A stretch of DNA of 64,000 nt from Mobula hypostoma (lineage: Eukaryota): positions 61,320,001 to 61,384,000 of the forward strand of contig NC_086097.1 of assembly GCF_963921235.1 (NCBI RefSeq). Direction: 5' to 3'. The notes below the pieces were generated by a model, which did no database searches, was not told the DNA's origin, and was given only the letters and a program-made list of their open reading frames with translations. This document shows positions 1 to 11,424 of this stretch, one piece after another. A program made the translations under genes and the position numbers. Within the stretch, counting starts at the first letter, position 1; each line of letters opens with the position of its first letter.

Positions 1-72
1 CTTCCAGATGATGTGAGTGACATTCCTGATGGTTTTGCTGAACCATGCATCCAATACTGTTTCCCTCCTTCA

Positions 73-1605
73 TTCAAAGTTCAAAGTAAATTTACTTTCA
101 AAGCACATATATGTCACCATATACAACTCTGAGATTTGTTTTCTTGTAGGCATACTCAATAAATCCATAATAGAATAAATGGAAGACCATACTAACTTGG
201 GTATTCAACTAGTGTACAAAAGACAACAAGCTCCATATATAAAAAGAAAGAAATAATAATAATAAATACATAAACAATAAATATCAAGAACATGAAATGA
301 AGAATCCTTGAAAGTGAGTCCACAGTTATGGGAGCATTTCCATAATGGGGAAAGTGAAGTTGAGTGATGTTATTCTCTATGGGTCAAGAGCTTAATGGTT
401 AACTGTTCCTGAACCTGGTGGTATGAGGCCTAAAACTCCAGTATCCACCTCCTGATGGCAGCAGTGAGAACAGAGCAAGACCTGGATGGTGGGAGTCATT
501 GATAATGGATGCTGTTTTCCTGTGCCAATGCTTCATGTAGATGTTCTAAGTGGTGAGGAGGACTCTGCCCATGATGAATTTAGATTAGATTAGATTATGA
601 GGACACGCAGTCCTCTTTTATTGTCATTTAGTAATGCATGCGTTAAGAAATTATACAATATTCCTCCGGTGTGAAATCACAGAAACACAGGACAGACTGA
701 AAAACTGACAAAAACCACATAATTATAACATATAGTTACAACCGTGCAAGCAATACTGTAACTTGATAAGGAACAGGCCGTGAGCACGGTAAAAAAGTTC
801 AAAGTCTTTCGAAAGTCCTACATCTCACGCAGACAGGAGAAGGAAGAAAACTCTCCCTGCTATGCCCGACCACAGTTCAACTCTGAGTCATCCGAAAACT
901 TCGAGCTCCGACCAGCCCTCCGACACTGAGCACCGAGCACCATCACTGCCGAATGCCTTGACCCCAACCCCGGTCGCCAGCAGCAGGCAAAGCCAAGGAT
1001 TTTGGGGCCTTCCCTCTGGAGATTCTCGATCACACAGTAGCAGCGACAGCAAACTGGACACTTCAAAAGTTACTCTAGATGTTCCTCCGTGCTCTCACGG
1101 CTGTCTCCATCAAATCAGGATTGTGCACGGCATCCTACTTACAAATACAATATCATTTCACCGGAGAGGCTACGCGCACTGCATCACACCGCCATCTTCT
1201 CCCTCCCTCTGGGCTATACCACTACTTCTGTGGGATGGGATTTTCTGTTAAATGGCATTGGTGTTTCTTTACCAGGCTGTGATACAGCCAGTCAATATAC
1301 TCTCTACCACACTTTAGTTTATCAAAAATTTAGATGTCATGCTGAATCTTTGCAAACTCCTAAGGAAGTAGTGGTACTGCCATGCTTTCTTTGTAATTAC
1401 ACTTACATGCTGCACCCAGTTCAGGTCCTCCAAACTGATAATGCCAAGGAATTTAAAGTTGCTGGCTCTCTCCACCTCTGGTCCTTTGACAAGGACTGGC
1501 TCATGGACCTCTGGTTTCCTCCTTCTGTGGTCAATAATCTCCTCTTTGGTCTTGCTTACAATGAGTAAGAGGCTGTTGCTGTGGCAACATTCATCCAGAT
1601 TCTAT
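73..1605 (-). mobile_element. Rex1/Babar-type LINE 3' fragment, interrupted by an insertion at 580-1208
   Basis: The minus strand resembles the C-terminal 'AASIIxDxHHPGxxLFSLLPSG' motif seen in ORFs 44257..44490 and 19252..19569. It has a (TTTGAAC)n-like tail at 73-90. The host sequence resumes after 1208. Confidence 0.75.
580..1208 (-). mobile_element. Non-autonomous retroposon (Rex1-associated SINE-like), copy 1
   Basis: Highly similar to 49861-50541. It has an (AATCT)n 3' tail and a 5' end reading GGAGAAGATGGCG on the minus strand, and no credible ORF. Confidence 0.75.
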
Positions 1606-1838
1606 ATTCCCATGCAGATTCCAGAGTTCTCTGTTTTGTTTCACCTGGCTGCTTGGTCCTGAGTGCAGCGTTCTGGATATTTTTAAAATTATCAGATAAA
1701 GGTTAATGTGACCTGATAGAAAAATATTGGGGCCTGTTTGAATTCATCAGGAAATGTCCCTGGGTTTCCCAAAATTCTGCTCGATTATATGGGATAGATC
1801 ATATTTTTAAAGGCGGTAGTCCATTTCGTATTCCCTCT

Positions 1839-2014
1839 AGAGATAGTAAGAGATTTGAAAGCTTTCTCCTCTTTCAGTTAGTCCTGACGAAGGGTCCCAG
1901 CCCGAAACTTCGACTGTACCTCTTTCTATAGATGATGCCTGGCTTGCTGCATTAACCAGCATTTTTTTTGTGTGTGCTGCTTGAATTTCCAGTATCTGCA
2001 GATTTCCTCGTGTC
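1839..2014 (+). mobile_element. Solo Penelope-like terminal repeat (pLTR)
   Basis: Matches the reverse complement of 60280-60445, the 3' end of the Penelope element in this window. Confidence 0.8.
1880..1915 (+). ncRNA. Minimal type I hammerhead ribozyme motif (helix III mutated)
   Basis: AGTC-CTGACGA-A-GGGT-CCCA-GCCC-GAAA-CTTC-GACT. The core CUGANGA and GAAA are present, helix I is AGTC/GACT and helix II is GGGT/GCCC. Confidence 0.7.
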
Positions 2015-2509
2015 TGTGCCAATAAAACCAAGCTCTGTTGGTTTAGGACATTGGTTTTCAATGCAGATCTACGAAAAATTACTACTGTGACCTGTGATAA
2101 CTGAAGGAAAGCTTCATTTTACTTTCCCAATATTTTTAAATTTTATATTTTATTGCTTTGGTGTTATTTTATAGTATGTGGTTCAGAAAAGTATTACTTC
2201 CTGAATTTATGATGTATGAAGCTCTGAAAACCAGAATGCAATAATGAATGATATACTGTCAATAGATCCAACCTATATTTACAAGATCAGAGAATAAATT
2301 ATTATTTTAACATTTGAGTAGATGTAGCAATTTATTTTTCTTTTTAGCTTTGCCTTCATTCTGTTGATTGGGCTCTGCACAACATTTGGTTTCAAGTATA
2401 AATTGCTGGAAGTAGTCAAGAGATCATGTAGTATGTATGGAAAGAGAAAGAGAGTTATATTTTTCATGTTGAGGACCAAAACATGCAGCAGTGTTATTTG
2501 TGTGATGAA

Positions 2510-3330
2510 CTCTACTTTATCAAGCCATACATCAGGAATGTCTCTGGGAGATTACGTCTACACAGAGTGCATGGAGCTGCAGCTCCTTACAAAGCATGTT
2601 AGGGGACTAGAGCTGTAGCTGGATGACCTTTGGCTCATTTGGGAGAATGAGGAGGTTGATAGATAGGAACTACAGGAAGGTAATTACCCATAAGTTGCAG
2701 GAGGCAGGTACCTGGGTGATTGTCAGGAGAATCAGGAATAAATATACCACTTTAGATATTGTTTGGGGAGGGGGGAATTGAGACCTACCAGGAGAAGCCA
2801 CAGCAACTGGGTCAGTGGCACTGAGTCTGGCTCTGTGGCTCAGAATGGAAGTGGGGAAAGTGGGGTGCAGTAGTGATAGGGGATTCGATAGTTAAGGGAG
2901 CAGACAGAAAGACCTGTGGATGAGAAAGAGTCACCCGGACGGTATATTCTTTAGAAGAATGATGGGGAATCTCACTGAAACCTATTAAATACTGAAATGG
3001 CCAGATAGAGTGGGTATGAAGAGGATGGTTTCTCTAGTGGGAGAGTCTAGGACCAGAGGCCACAGCCCGAAAATAGAGGGACATCTATTTAGAACAGAGA
3101 CAAGAAGGGTAGTGAACCTTTGGAATTTGTTGCCACAGAATGCAGTAGAAGACAAGTTATTGGGTATATTTAAAGCTAATCTTGATAGATTCTTGATTAA
3201 TAAGGGTGTCAAAATTTATGTGGAGAAAGCAAGAGAATGGGGTTGAGAGGGGTAATAAATCAGTCATGGTGGAATGGCGGAGCAGGCTGAATGGGCCAAA
3301 TAATTCTGTTCCTATTTTTATGGTCTTATG
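2510..3330 (+). mobile_element. Internally deleted CR1 LINE: ORF1 N-terminal part fused to the ORF2 3' end and 3'UTR
   Basis: 2510-2950 resembles ORF1 at 47182-48141 (DYVYTECMELQLL; VVIGDSIVKG). From about 2951 the sequence is the ORF2 C-terminus (SRTRGHS..RVVNLWN) and tail. Confidence 0.75.
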
Positions 3331-4138
3331 GACTCTTGAATATCATTAAAGCCTACAGACATTTTGAAATTTTTTAAAAAAGATACAAATAAAAGTGAGC
3401 CCATCAGCATCTGTGGACAGAGAAGAATTGCATCATAAGATGGTTGTTCACTTTAATGTTGAACACCCATAAACAATAAAATAATTTTTAGAACAAATGC
3501 TTCCATTCAATACTTTTATCTGACATTTTTGTTACTAGCAAGACTATTCAACCAATCACATTAAACCTTCACTGAGGCTCAGAGATTCTATTTCTGTAAA
3601 TTGTATTAAGTGATGTATGGAAACTGACATAAAGATAGGGAAATACAATAGGGATTAAAAAAAGATATAAAAGGAAAGCAAAATACTTTTTAAAGATATC
3701 ACAATATTTTCTTCTTAGATAATGAATTCCACACTTTTAAAAGCATCCTTTCATTTCAGAGATGATCTTGAGCTCTAATTATCATTTATCATGCTAGCAA
3801 AAGCTCAATTATCCCCGAATGCATCAACCCTACCATTTAGAGATTTGTTTGAGATTTTATCAGCATCAGTACATTCTATAAAGAAACCGGTTATTTCTGA
3901 GAGCAACATCTAGATTTCTGCATTAATGTGGAGACCAAATATTCCCATCTAACTTATTGCTTGAAAATTCTGATAACCTCACCATTATTGTTACTGAAAG
4001 ATCAAACCTGCATGTTAACGTATTGCTAATTTCATTTGGGTGCAACCATCTGCTCTGCCAGCTAACATGTTTTCTCCATTAAAGTGTAGGGAGCAGAATG
4101 GGGTAGGTGGGTAGATGAGTAGTTCAGTCCAAGTAAAT

Positions 4139-4139
4139 G

Positions 4140-4186
<47 letters not shown>
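4139..4186. repeat. Compound (TA)n(GA)n microsatellite
   Basis: Seen directly in the sequence. Confidence 0.95.
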
Positions 4187-4220
4187 GTAATTTCTAGAAA
4201 AGATATGGAGAAATAAGAGA

Positions 4221-4400
4221 ATACAAATGCTAGAATCTGGAGTGGTATATATAAAAAAAAACTGCTGAAAGAACTTAGTGGGTCAAACAGTATTTGTAAA
4301 GGCAAATGGAAGCATGGTATCCAGCTAATATTTTGACCATTTCTTTACTTCCACAGATGCTGCTTGACCTGCAGATTTCTTCCGGCAGTTTATTGCTGCT
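4221..4400. mobile_element. Old head-to-head Penelope pLTR remnants
   Basis: AACTGCTGAAAGAACTTAGTGGGTCAAACAGTATTTGT is roughly inverted relative to ACAGATGCTGCTTGACCTGCAGATTTCTTCCGGCAGTT. Both resemble pLTR ends elsewhere in the window. Confidence 0.5.
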
Positions 4401-5940
4401 TCGCAAAAATAAAGCCATGTGCAGATGAGGATTTTTACTATTCAGTAAGTTGTAAAGAGCGGTGAGACTAAAAGGATGAGATGAGTAGCTTCAAAGTATT
4501 TTTTTTAAATAGGATATATCGTGAAAATGAAAAAAATTGCAAGATTATGGCATAGGAGCAGATGGTTTAATTGATTGTTCTTAAAGCACAGCCACAATGG
4601 CCAGAATAGCTGCCTTCTGCAAAATATAATTCTATAATTCTACAGTTTGAACAATTTTTCTCTTATACTGCAGCTTCTAACTGAGTTCCAATTGCTTGGT
4701 TCAAAGAAATACATGAACTTTTCAAATGTTGTTGCTTTATATTTCAAGCAACAGAATCAGTTTGAGTCAAGGGAAAGAACACAATAACTGAACACAACAC
4801 TCAACTGGAGTGATCAGAAGAGCCACAAATCCCCCTGCAATCAGGCATAACAGGATTATTCTGGAGAGCTGCAGGCAGAAGTGAACACTACCTTTTCGAT
4901 GGAGAGATAATTATATCCTTCTTTGCCTTTAGCATGGTTTATGAGTAAGTCTGAGATTTTGAGCATTGCCAGAAAGTGCCATCATTTGGGCATTTATTTT
5001 CCCAGCAGGCTGCATTCTTTTGATTGACCTGCTTATTGGCTGGTGATCATTGCCATCATTTCCAACAAACTCATGTGTGCTCAGCATCAGAATTCCATTT
5101 CATCATGGCTGGGATGGAGAGTGGCATATATTTTTTCACTTAATCTATTGTTTTTTAAACATTTCTTTTAAGTGTTATTCAGAGCAACAGTGTTAAGATT
5201 CCGCGCACCAAATCTGCGGCCTTTCCTCTTTCTTTCAAAACAAGTAGAAGTGCATTGATGGAACCTGTCCTAAAGAAGAGCTTTTCCAAAGTAAGGATTA
5301 GCTTTGACTAATTAACATGAAAATTAAGTAACTAAGTGTATCTTTATTCCCATTTGTTTATTAACTTTTATTGTAGTTTAAGATTTGTTTTGCTAAATAA
5401 AGTGTTCCAATAAAAGTGGCTTCTTTCTCTCATTCATTGAGAGAGGATCTACATTTTTAACCTACTTTTCATTGGGAGTGCAAGAAAACCTCAGGTCCTA
5501 CATTGTCCCCATTTCCCATAGTTTCACAATGCTATTCACTTCCTTTTAACATGTCTTAAGGAGCCTCACAGCTCCAGAGGCCTTGCAGGTAATCCATCTG
5601 GAGTTCTCCATGTGACTAGACAGGTTTCCTTCAGGTGAGTTTACCCTGGGAGACATAAGATGCTCAAGGGGTCAAATGGCCTTTTCCTATGCCTTAAGGA
5701 ATTCTGAGAAGCTGCAGTGGGACCTGTTGAAGATTTATTCAAGAAGGCATACTCCATGCTGGCCCTTGATTAGACATTATGCAGGTTACCCCTTCTACAA
5801 TCCAGAACACATAACTACATTCTTCTTTGTATTTATTCTAAAGTGACTTCACTTTGCAGGGAAACAATGGTATTTACAGAGATAATACCTGACATTTCCT
5901 CATATAACTACCAGGGACTCTGAGTCTTTTTCTGCTGATA

Positions 5941-8096
5941 CAGTGCCTATAAAAAATATTCACCCCACTTGGAAGTTTTCATGTTTTATTGCTTACAATA
6001 TTGAATCTGTCACAACCACGGATTCGGCAGCACAGTAGATACGGCAACTGTGCTTGTGAATTTGCTCATGTCAGATAATTATTATTTAATCATGATAGTA
6101 TTTAACTCCATACTTGTTGTCGAAGTGCATGTTGAGACTTGGACAGAGCACAGCAACACTTCACTGCCTGTTTGCGTTCTGCCTTCCCTGAGAAATTAGA
6201 CCTTTGCTGAGAAATTAGACCTTTGAGTCAACTGACTCTGCAGACTAGTGGAATTTGTTTAATGTTTAGATTTTCCTTTCAACCGCAGTGTAGGCTTCAT
6301 TTCCTATTTAAGGGTTTTAGTTAATGGCCGTATTTGGCCTAACGTTTATTGCTTATTTTCCCTTTAACACTTTGCTTTAAAGTTTGTGAACTATTCCTGC
6401 TTCAGTGTCTCTCACTCTGCACTTGGGCCTTATCTGAACCGGGTAACAGCAAATCTTGACCACACAAAGATGGACCCAGCAGAGAGAGAGCAGGTGACCT
6501 TTGGCTGTGAAATCCATTGGTCAGATAGGAGACGAGCAAACAGGCAGTGAAGCATTGCTGTGCACTGTCCAAGTCTCAACAAGCACTACGACAACAAGTA
6601 TGGAGTTAAGTACTATCACAATTAAATAGTAATTAGCTGACACGTGCAAATTCACAAGCGCAATTGCTGTATCTACTGTGCTGCCGAATCCGTGGTTGTG
6701 ACAGAATCACAGTGGATTTAATTTGGTTTGTTTTGACACTGACCAACAGAAAAAGATGCTTTTGTGTCAAAGTGAAAACATATCTCTAGGAAGTGATCTG
6801 AATGAATTACAAATACAAAAAAAAAATTGATTGCACAAGTATTCACTCCATCAAGTCAGTACTTAGCAGATGTACCTTTGGCAGCAATTGCAGCCTTGAG
6901 TCTGTGTGGATAGGTCTCTATCAGATTTACACATCTGGACACTGTAAATTTTCCCCATTCTTCTTTACGAAACTGCTCAAGGTCTGTCACATTGCATGAG
7001 GATTGTGAGTGAACAGACCTTTAAAAGTCCAGTCACAAATTATCAATTGGATTGAGATCAGGACTCTGACTTGGCTACTCCAGAACATTAATTTTATTGT
7101 TTTTAAGCCATTTCTGTGTCGCTTTGGCTTTATGATTGAGGTCACTGTCTTTCTGGAAAACAAACCTTTTCCCAAGTCACAAGGCTTACACCAAACATAG
7201 CTTTTAGTCTGATGGCCTAAAATCACAATTTTGGTTTTATCATACCATCAAACCTTCTTCCAGCTGACTTTAAAGTCTCCCGCATGCCTTCTGGCAAACT
7301 CTAGCCGATATATAATGTGAGTTCTTTTCAACAGATGCTTTCTCTTTGCCACTCTCCCGTAAAGCTGCAACTGGTGAAGCACCTGGGTAACAGTTGTTGT
7401 ATGCAAAGTCTTTCCCATGTCAGACATTCAAGTTTGTAACTCCTCCAGAGCTGTCATCGGTCCCTTAGTGGCCTCCCTCACTAGTCCTCTACTTGCACGG
7501 TCACTCAGTTTTTGAGGACGGCCTGCTCTAGGCAGATTTACAGCTGTGCCATATTCTTTCCATTTCTTCATGACTGACTTAACTGTACTGCAAGGGATAT
7601 TCAATCACTTGGAAATTTTCTTGTATCCATCTCCTGACTTGTGTTTTTCAATAACTTTGGAGTGTTCTTTTGTCTTCATAGTTTTTGCCAGGATACTGAC
7701 TCTCGAGCAGCTGGGCTTACCAAATACAGGTGTACTGTTACTACAATCATTTGAATCACCTTGACTGCACACAGGTCTCCAAAAACAGATCTCCATTTAA
7801 CTAACTATGTGACTTCTAAAACCAATTGGCTGCACCAGTGATGATTTGCTGTGTCATATTAAAGGAGTTGAGTAATTATGCAATCAGTTATTTTGTGTTT
7901 TATATTTGTAGTTCATTTAGATCCCTTGTTGAGATTTGTTTTCATTTTGACACAGAAGTGCTGATGTGTTGACACATCTGTTGATCAGTGTCAAAAATGC
8001 CAAATTAATTCCACTGAGATTCAATGTTGTAAAACTATAAAACATGAAAACTTCCTGGGGCGGGGGGGGGTGGATGAATAATTTTTATAGGCACTG
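5941..8096 (-). mobile_element. Tc1/mariner DNA transposon, decayed and internally deleted
   Basis: TIRs CAGTGCCTATAAAAA...TTTTTATAGGCACTG are flanked by TA at 5939-5940 and 8097-8098, with long (>100 bp) inverted repeats. Transposase N-terminal remnant MKTKEHSK..KHKSGDGYKKISK is in ORF 7605..7796. Confidence 0.92.
6008..6703. mobile_element. Fold-back element with 168-bp TIRs and 5-bp TSD, apparently Gypsy LTR-derived
   Basis: TGTCAC...GTGACA termini with GAATC at 6003-6007 and 6704-6708. 6008-6175 is the inverted copy of 6536-6703. Confidence 0.88.
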
Positions 8097-8726
8097 TATG
8101 GACATCTTGAAGTCTCTGTTTGTGAATTGCAACAAATTTCAGGTTTGCAACCTGTCTTTGGACTTGGTTTAGACAATTATGCCAGTTTAGACATAACACA
8201 GGGAGGTCTCCAATGAACTTAAATAAGTGAGGGACCACCTCCTAGGAGCAAAGGTAAGTGATGGAGTATTTAGATTCTTTTTGTCTTTTTATTTCTAATA
8301 TTTTAAAATATTTCCATGTTGAGTAGTAATATAGTTTAAGTGATGTTAGATGACATTGAACATCATTCAATGACAATTCATATTTTTGAAATGCTGGTGG
8401 AAGTAAAAGCAAGGATATTAGTTTGATCACTTTTCAGAGTTTTTTTTTCAACTAGTTTGCAGTTGGTGTCTATTCCACCACTCATTTCAATGATGGGATT
8501 ATCTTTGACACAGAGAGTCTTGACATTATAAGTTAAGCTGGTTTCTCTCTGCAAATTCCTACCAAATCTTCATTCACAGGTGGTTAGCAAATCCAGAAGA
8601 CTTATAACTATTGCACCGATTGCAATAGTAAACAGAGGTGACTCCACTGAAAAATACTGAGCCCTCCTTCATCTTATACTCCAACTGCAAACAGTGTAAA
8701 AGAAATGAACAAAATAAATGAGATGT

Positions 8727-9165
8727 TTTATTCTAGACCATAAAACCAAAAGACATAGGAGATGAATTAGGCCATTCAGCGCATCAAGTCTGCTCCAACA
8801 TGGCTGATTTATTATCCCTTTCAACCCCATTGTCTTGCCTTCTCCCCTCAACCTTTGACTCCCTTACTAATAAAGAACCTATGCTTTAAATATATCCAAT
8901 GACTTGGCCCCCACAACATTCTGTGGCAATGAAGTCCACAGATTCACCACGCTCTGGCTAAAGAAATTTCTCCTCATTTCTGTTCTAAAAAGACTTCTTT
9001 CTGTTCCGAGTCCTAGACCCTCTGCTATAGAAACATCTCCTCCACATCCACTCTATATAGGCCATTCAATATTCAATAGATTTCAATCTCTGTTCATGCT
9101 CCTAAGTTCCAGCAAGTACAGGCCCATAGCAATGAAACACGCTTTATACATTAATCCTTTCATTC
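8727..9165 (-). mobile_element. CR1 LINE 3' fragment
   Basis: The minus strand gives the RNFFSQSVVNLW motif and a CR1-type 3'UTR and tail. Confidence 0.8.
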
Positions 9166-10317
9166 CGAATTTCAACAATGACTTAAAATGTACAATAACA
9201 ATGAACAAGGAATAACACAAGGAAAACTGAATTCAAACTTTGAACTCAACTGACAGCCATTTCACTTATCCATTTGTTGGATGAGAGGCAGGATTTCTAT
9301 TTCTACAGTTTTAAAGATTGCTCGTCACTCTAATTCGTCTCTGATCTTTTACATGGTAGTTTTAACTATTGTTTCCATTTCAAATGGGAAATTATTCTTT
9401 TAAGCTTCTGACTTATTAATAATTAAACATTTAATCTTTTCATATTACACATGGGAAGTAAAATATGCAGTTGTAAAACCATGCCACTGCCAGTGCCTGC
9501 CTCATTACTCTCTGAACTGCATTGTTTGAAGTCCACAAGGTTTATTTAAATGTGGCATTCAGAGGTTCATATCAGAGTTAGATGGCTTCTGCACAGGATG
9601 CGCTGCTATGGTATTCATTAAGGTGTTTAATGCAAATGGCGATATGATGTCAGCTTCATCATTTCATGCACTATTCTCGCTGTAAGTTATATTAACAATG
9701 TTATACCTTATACAATATGCTGTCATTAAGTCTGGGGATGTGTGATTACAAATTATAACAAAGGACTTCCCTGAAACCAAAATCTAAGTTTATATACTGT
9801 ATGTTGAATTTAATTCCCTCAAGAAATTACTTCAAAATGCCATTTATATTCAAATATACAGAAGAAGTTTCTTTAATTTATTATTATACTACATCCACAT
9901 ATATGTCCCAATTTTTTTCCCTTCAGGATTCCAGACTGTCACAAATTTTCACTTGATGACATCACTGCATCTTTGACACCAGCTGCTGTTGGGAAAAATT
10001 GATGTGAAGTATTTGATGTCAAATGCAGGCCTCAGAACTGGCCAGAAAATTTGGGACAATGTGTTAATGTTATTCTTAACACATGATGAAAACATCAATG
10101 TCCACCAATCATTTATAGAAACTAGTAAAAGGAGTCGTTACGGAATTTAAAGCTTTGATAGGAAATATTTGTCTGGAGTAAGAGTGCAATATGTAAACTG
10201 ATTGCCTTTTTACTACAAGTAATTTAATGTCTATCAGACATTGCTATAGTTATGAATGGTGTTATACAATTCCTTGTCCACAATTGTATTTAAAGACTTG
10301 CAGGTAATTACAGCTGG

Positions 10318-11424
10318 CTAATTGTGATAATCGTTAACTTGAGGAATTAGAACATAGAACATAGAATAGTACAGCACATTACAGGCCCTTCGGCCCACAA
10401 TGTTGTGCTGATCCTCAAACCCTGCCTCCCATATAAAGCCCACCTTAAATTCCTCCATATACCTGTCTAGTAGTCTCTTAAACTTCACAAGTGTATCTGC
10501 CTCCACCACTGACTCAGGCAGTGCATTCCACGCATCAACCACTCTCTGAGTAAAAAACCTTCCTCTAATATCCCCCTTGAACTTTCCAACCATTACCTTA
10601 AAGCCATGTCCTCTTGTATTGAGCAGTGGTGCCCTGGGGAAGAGGTACTGGCTATACACTCTATCTATTCCTCTTATTATCTTGTACACCTCTATCATGT
10701 CTCCTCTCATCCTCCTTCTCTCCAAAGAGTAAAGCCCTAACTCCCTTAATCTCTGATCATAATGCATACTCTCTAAACCAGGCAGCATCCTGGTAAATCT
10801 CCTCTGTACCCTTTCCAATGCTTCCACAACCTTCCTATAGTGAGGCAACCAGAACTGGAAACAGTACTCCAAGTGTGGCCTAACCAGAGTTTTATAGAGC
10901 TGCATCATTATATCACGACTCTTAAACTCTATCCCTCGATTTATGAAAGCTAACACCCCATAAGCTTTCTTAACTACCCTATCTACCTGTGAGGCAACTT
11001 TCAGGGATCTGTGGACATGTACCCCCAGATCCCCCTGCTCCTCCACACTACCAAGTGTCCTGCCATTTACTTTGTACTCTGTCTTGGAGTTTATCCTTCC
11101 AAAGTGTACCACCTCACACTTCTCCGGGTTGAACTCCATCTGCCACTTCTCACCCCGCTTCTGCATCCTATCAATGTCTCTCTGCAATCTTCGACAATCC
11201 TCTACACTATCTACAACACCACCAACCTTTGTGTCATCTGCAAACTTACCAACCCACCCTTCTACCCCCACATCCAGGTTATTAATAAAAACTACGAAAA
11301 GTAGAGGTCCCAGAAGAGATCCTTGTGGGACACCACTAGTCACAATCCTCCAACCTGAATGTACTCCCTCCACCACAACCCTCTGCCTTCTGCAGGCAAG
11401 CCAATTCTGAATCCACCTGGCCAA
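10318..11424 (-). pseudogene. CR1 ORF2 reverse transcriptase, C-terminal fragment
   Basis: SGVPQGSLLGP, KFADDTK and YKTLVRPHLEYC motifs. Separated from the upstream ORF by a frameshift. Confidence 0.9.

Noticed and set aside
5258..5296. ATG GAA CCT GTC..AAA|GTAAGG putative coding exon
   Set aside because: Only 11 codons, unrecognisable, with no supporting context.
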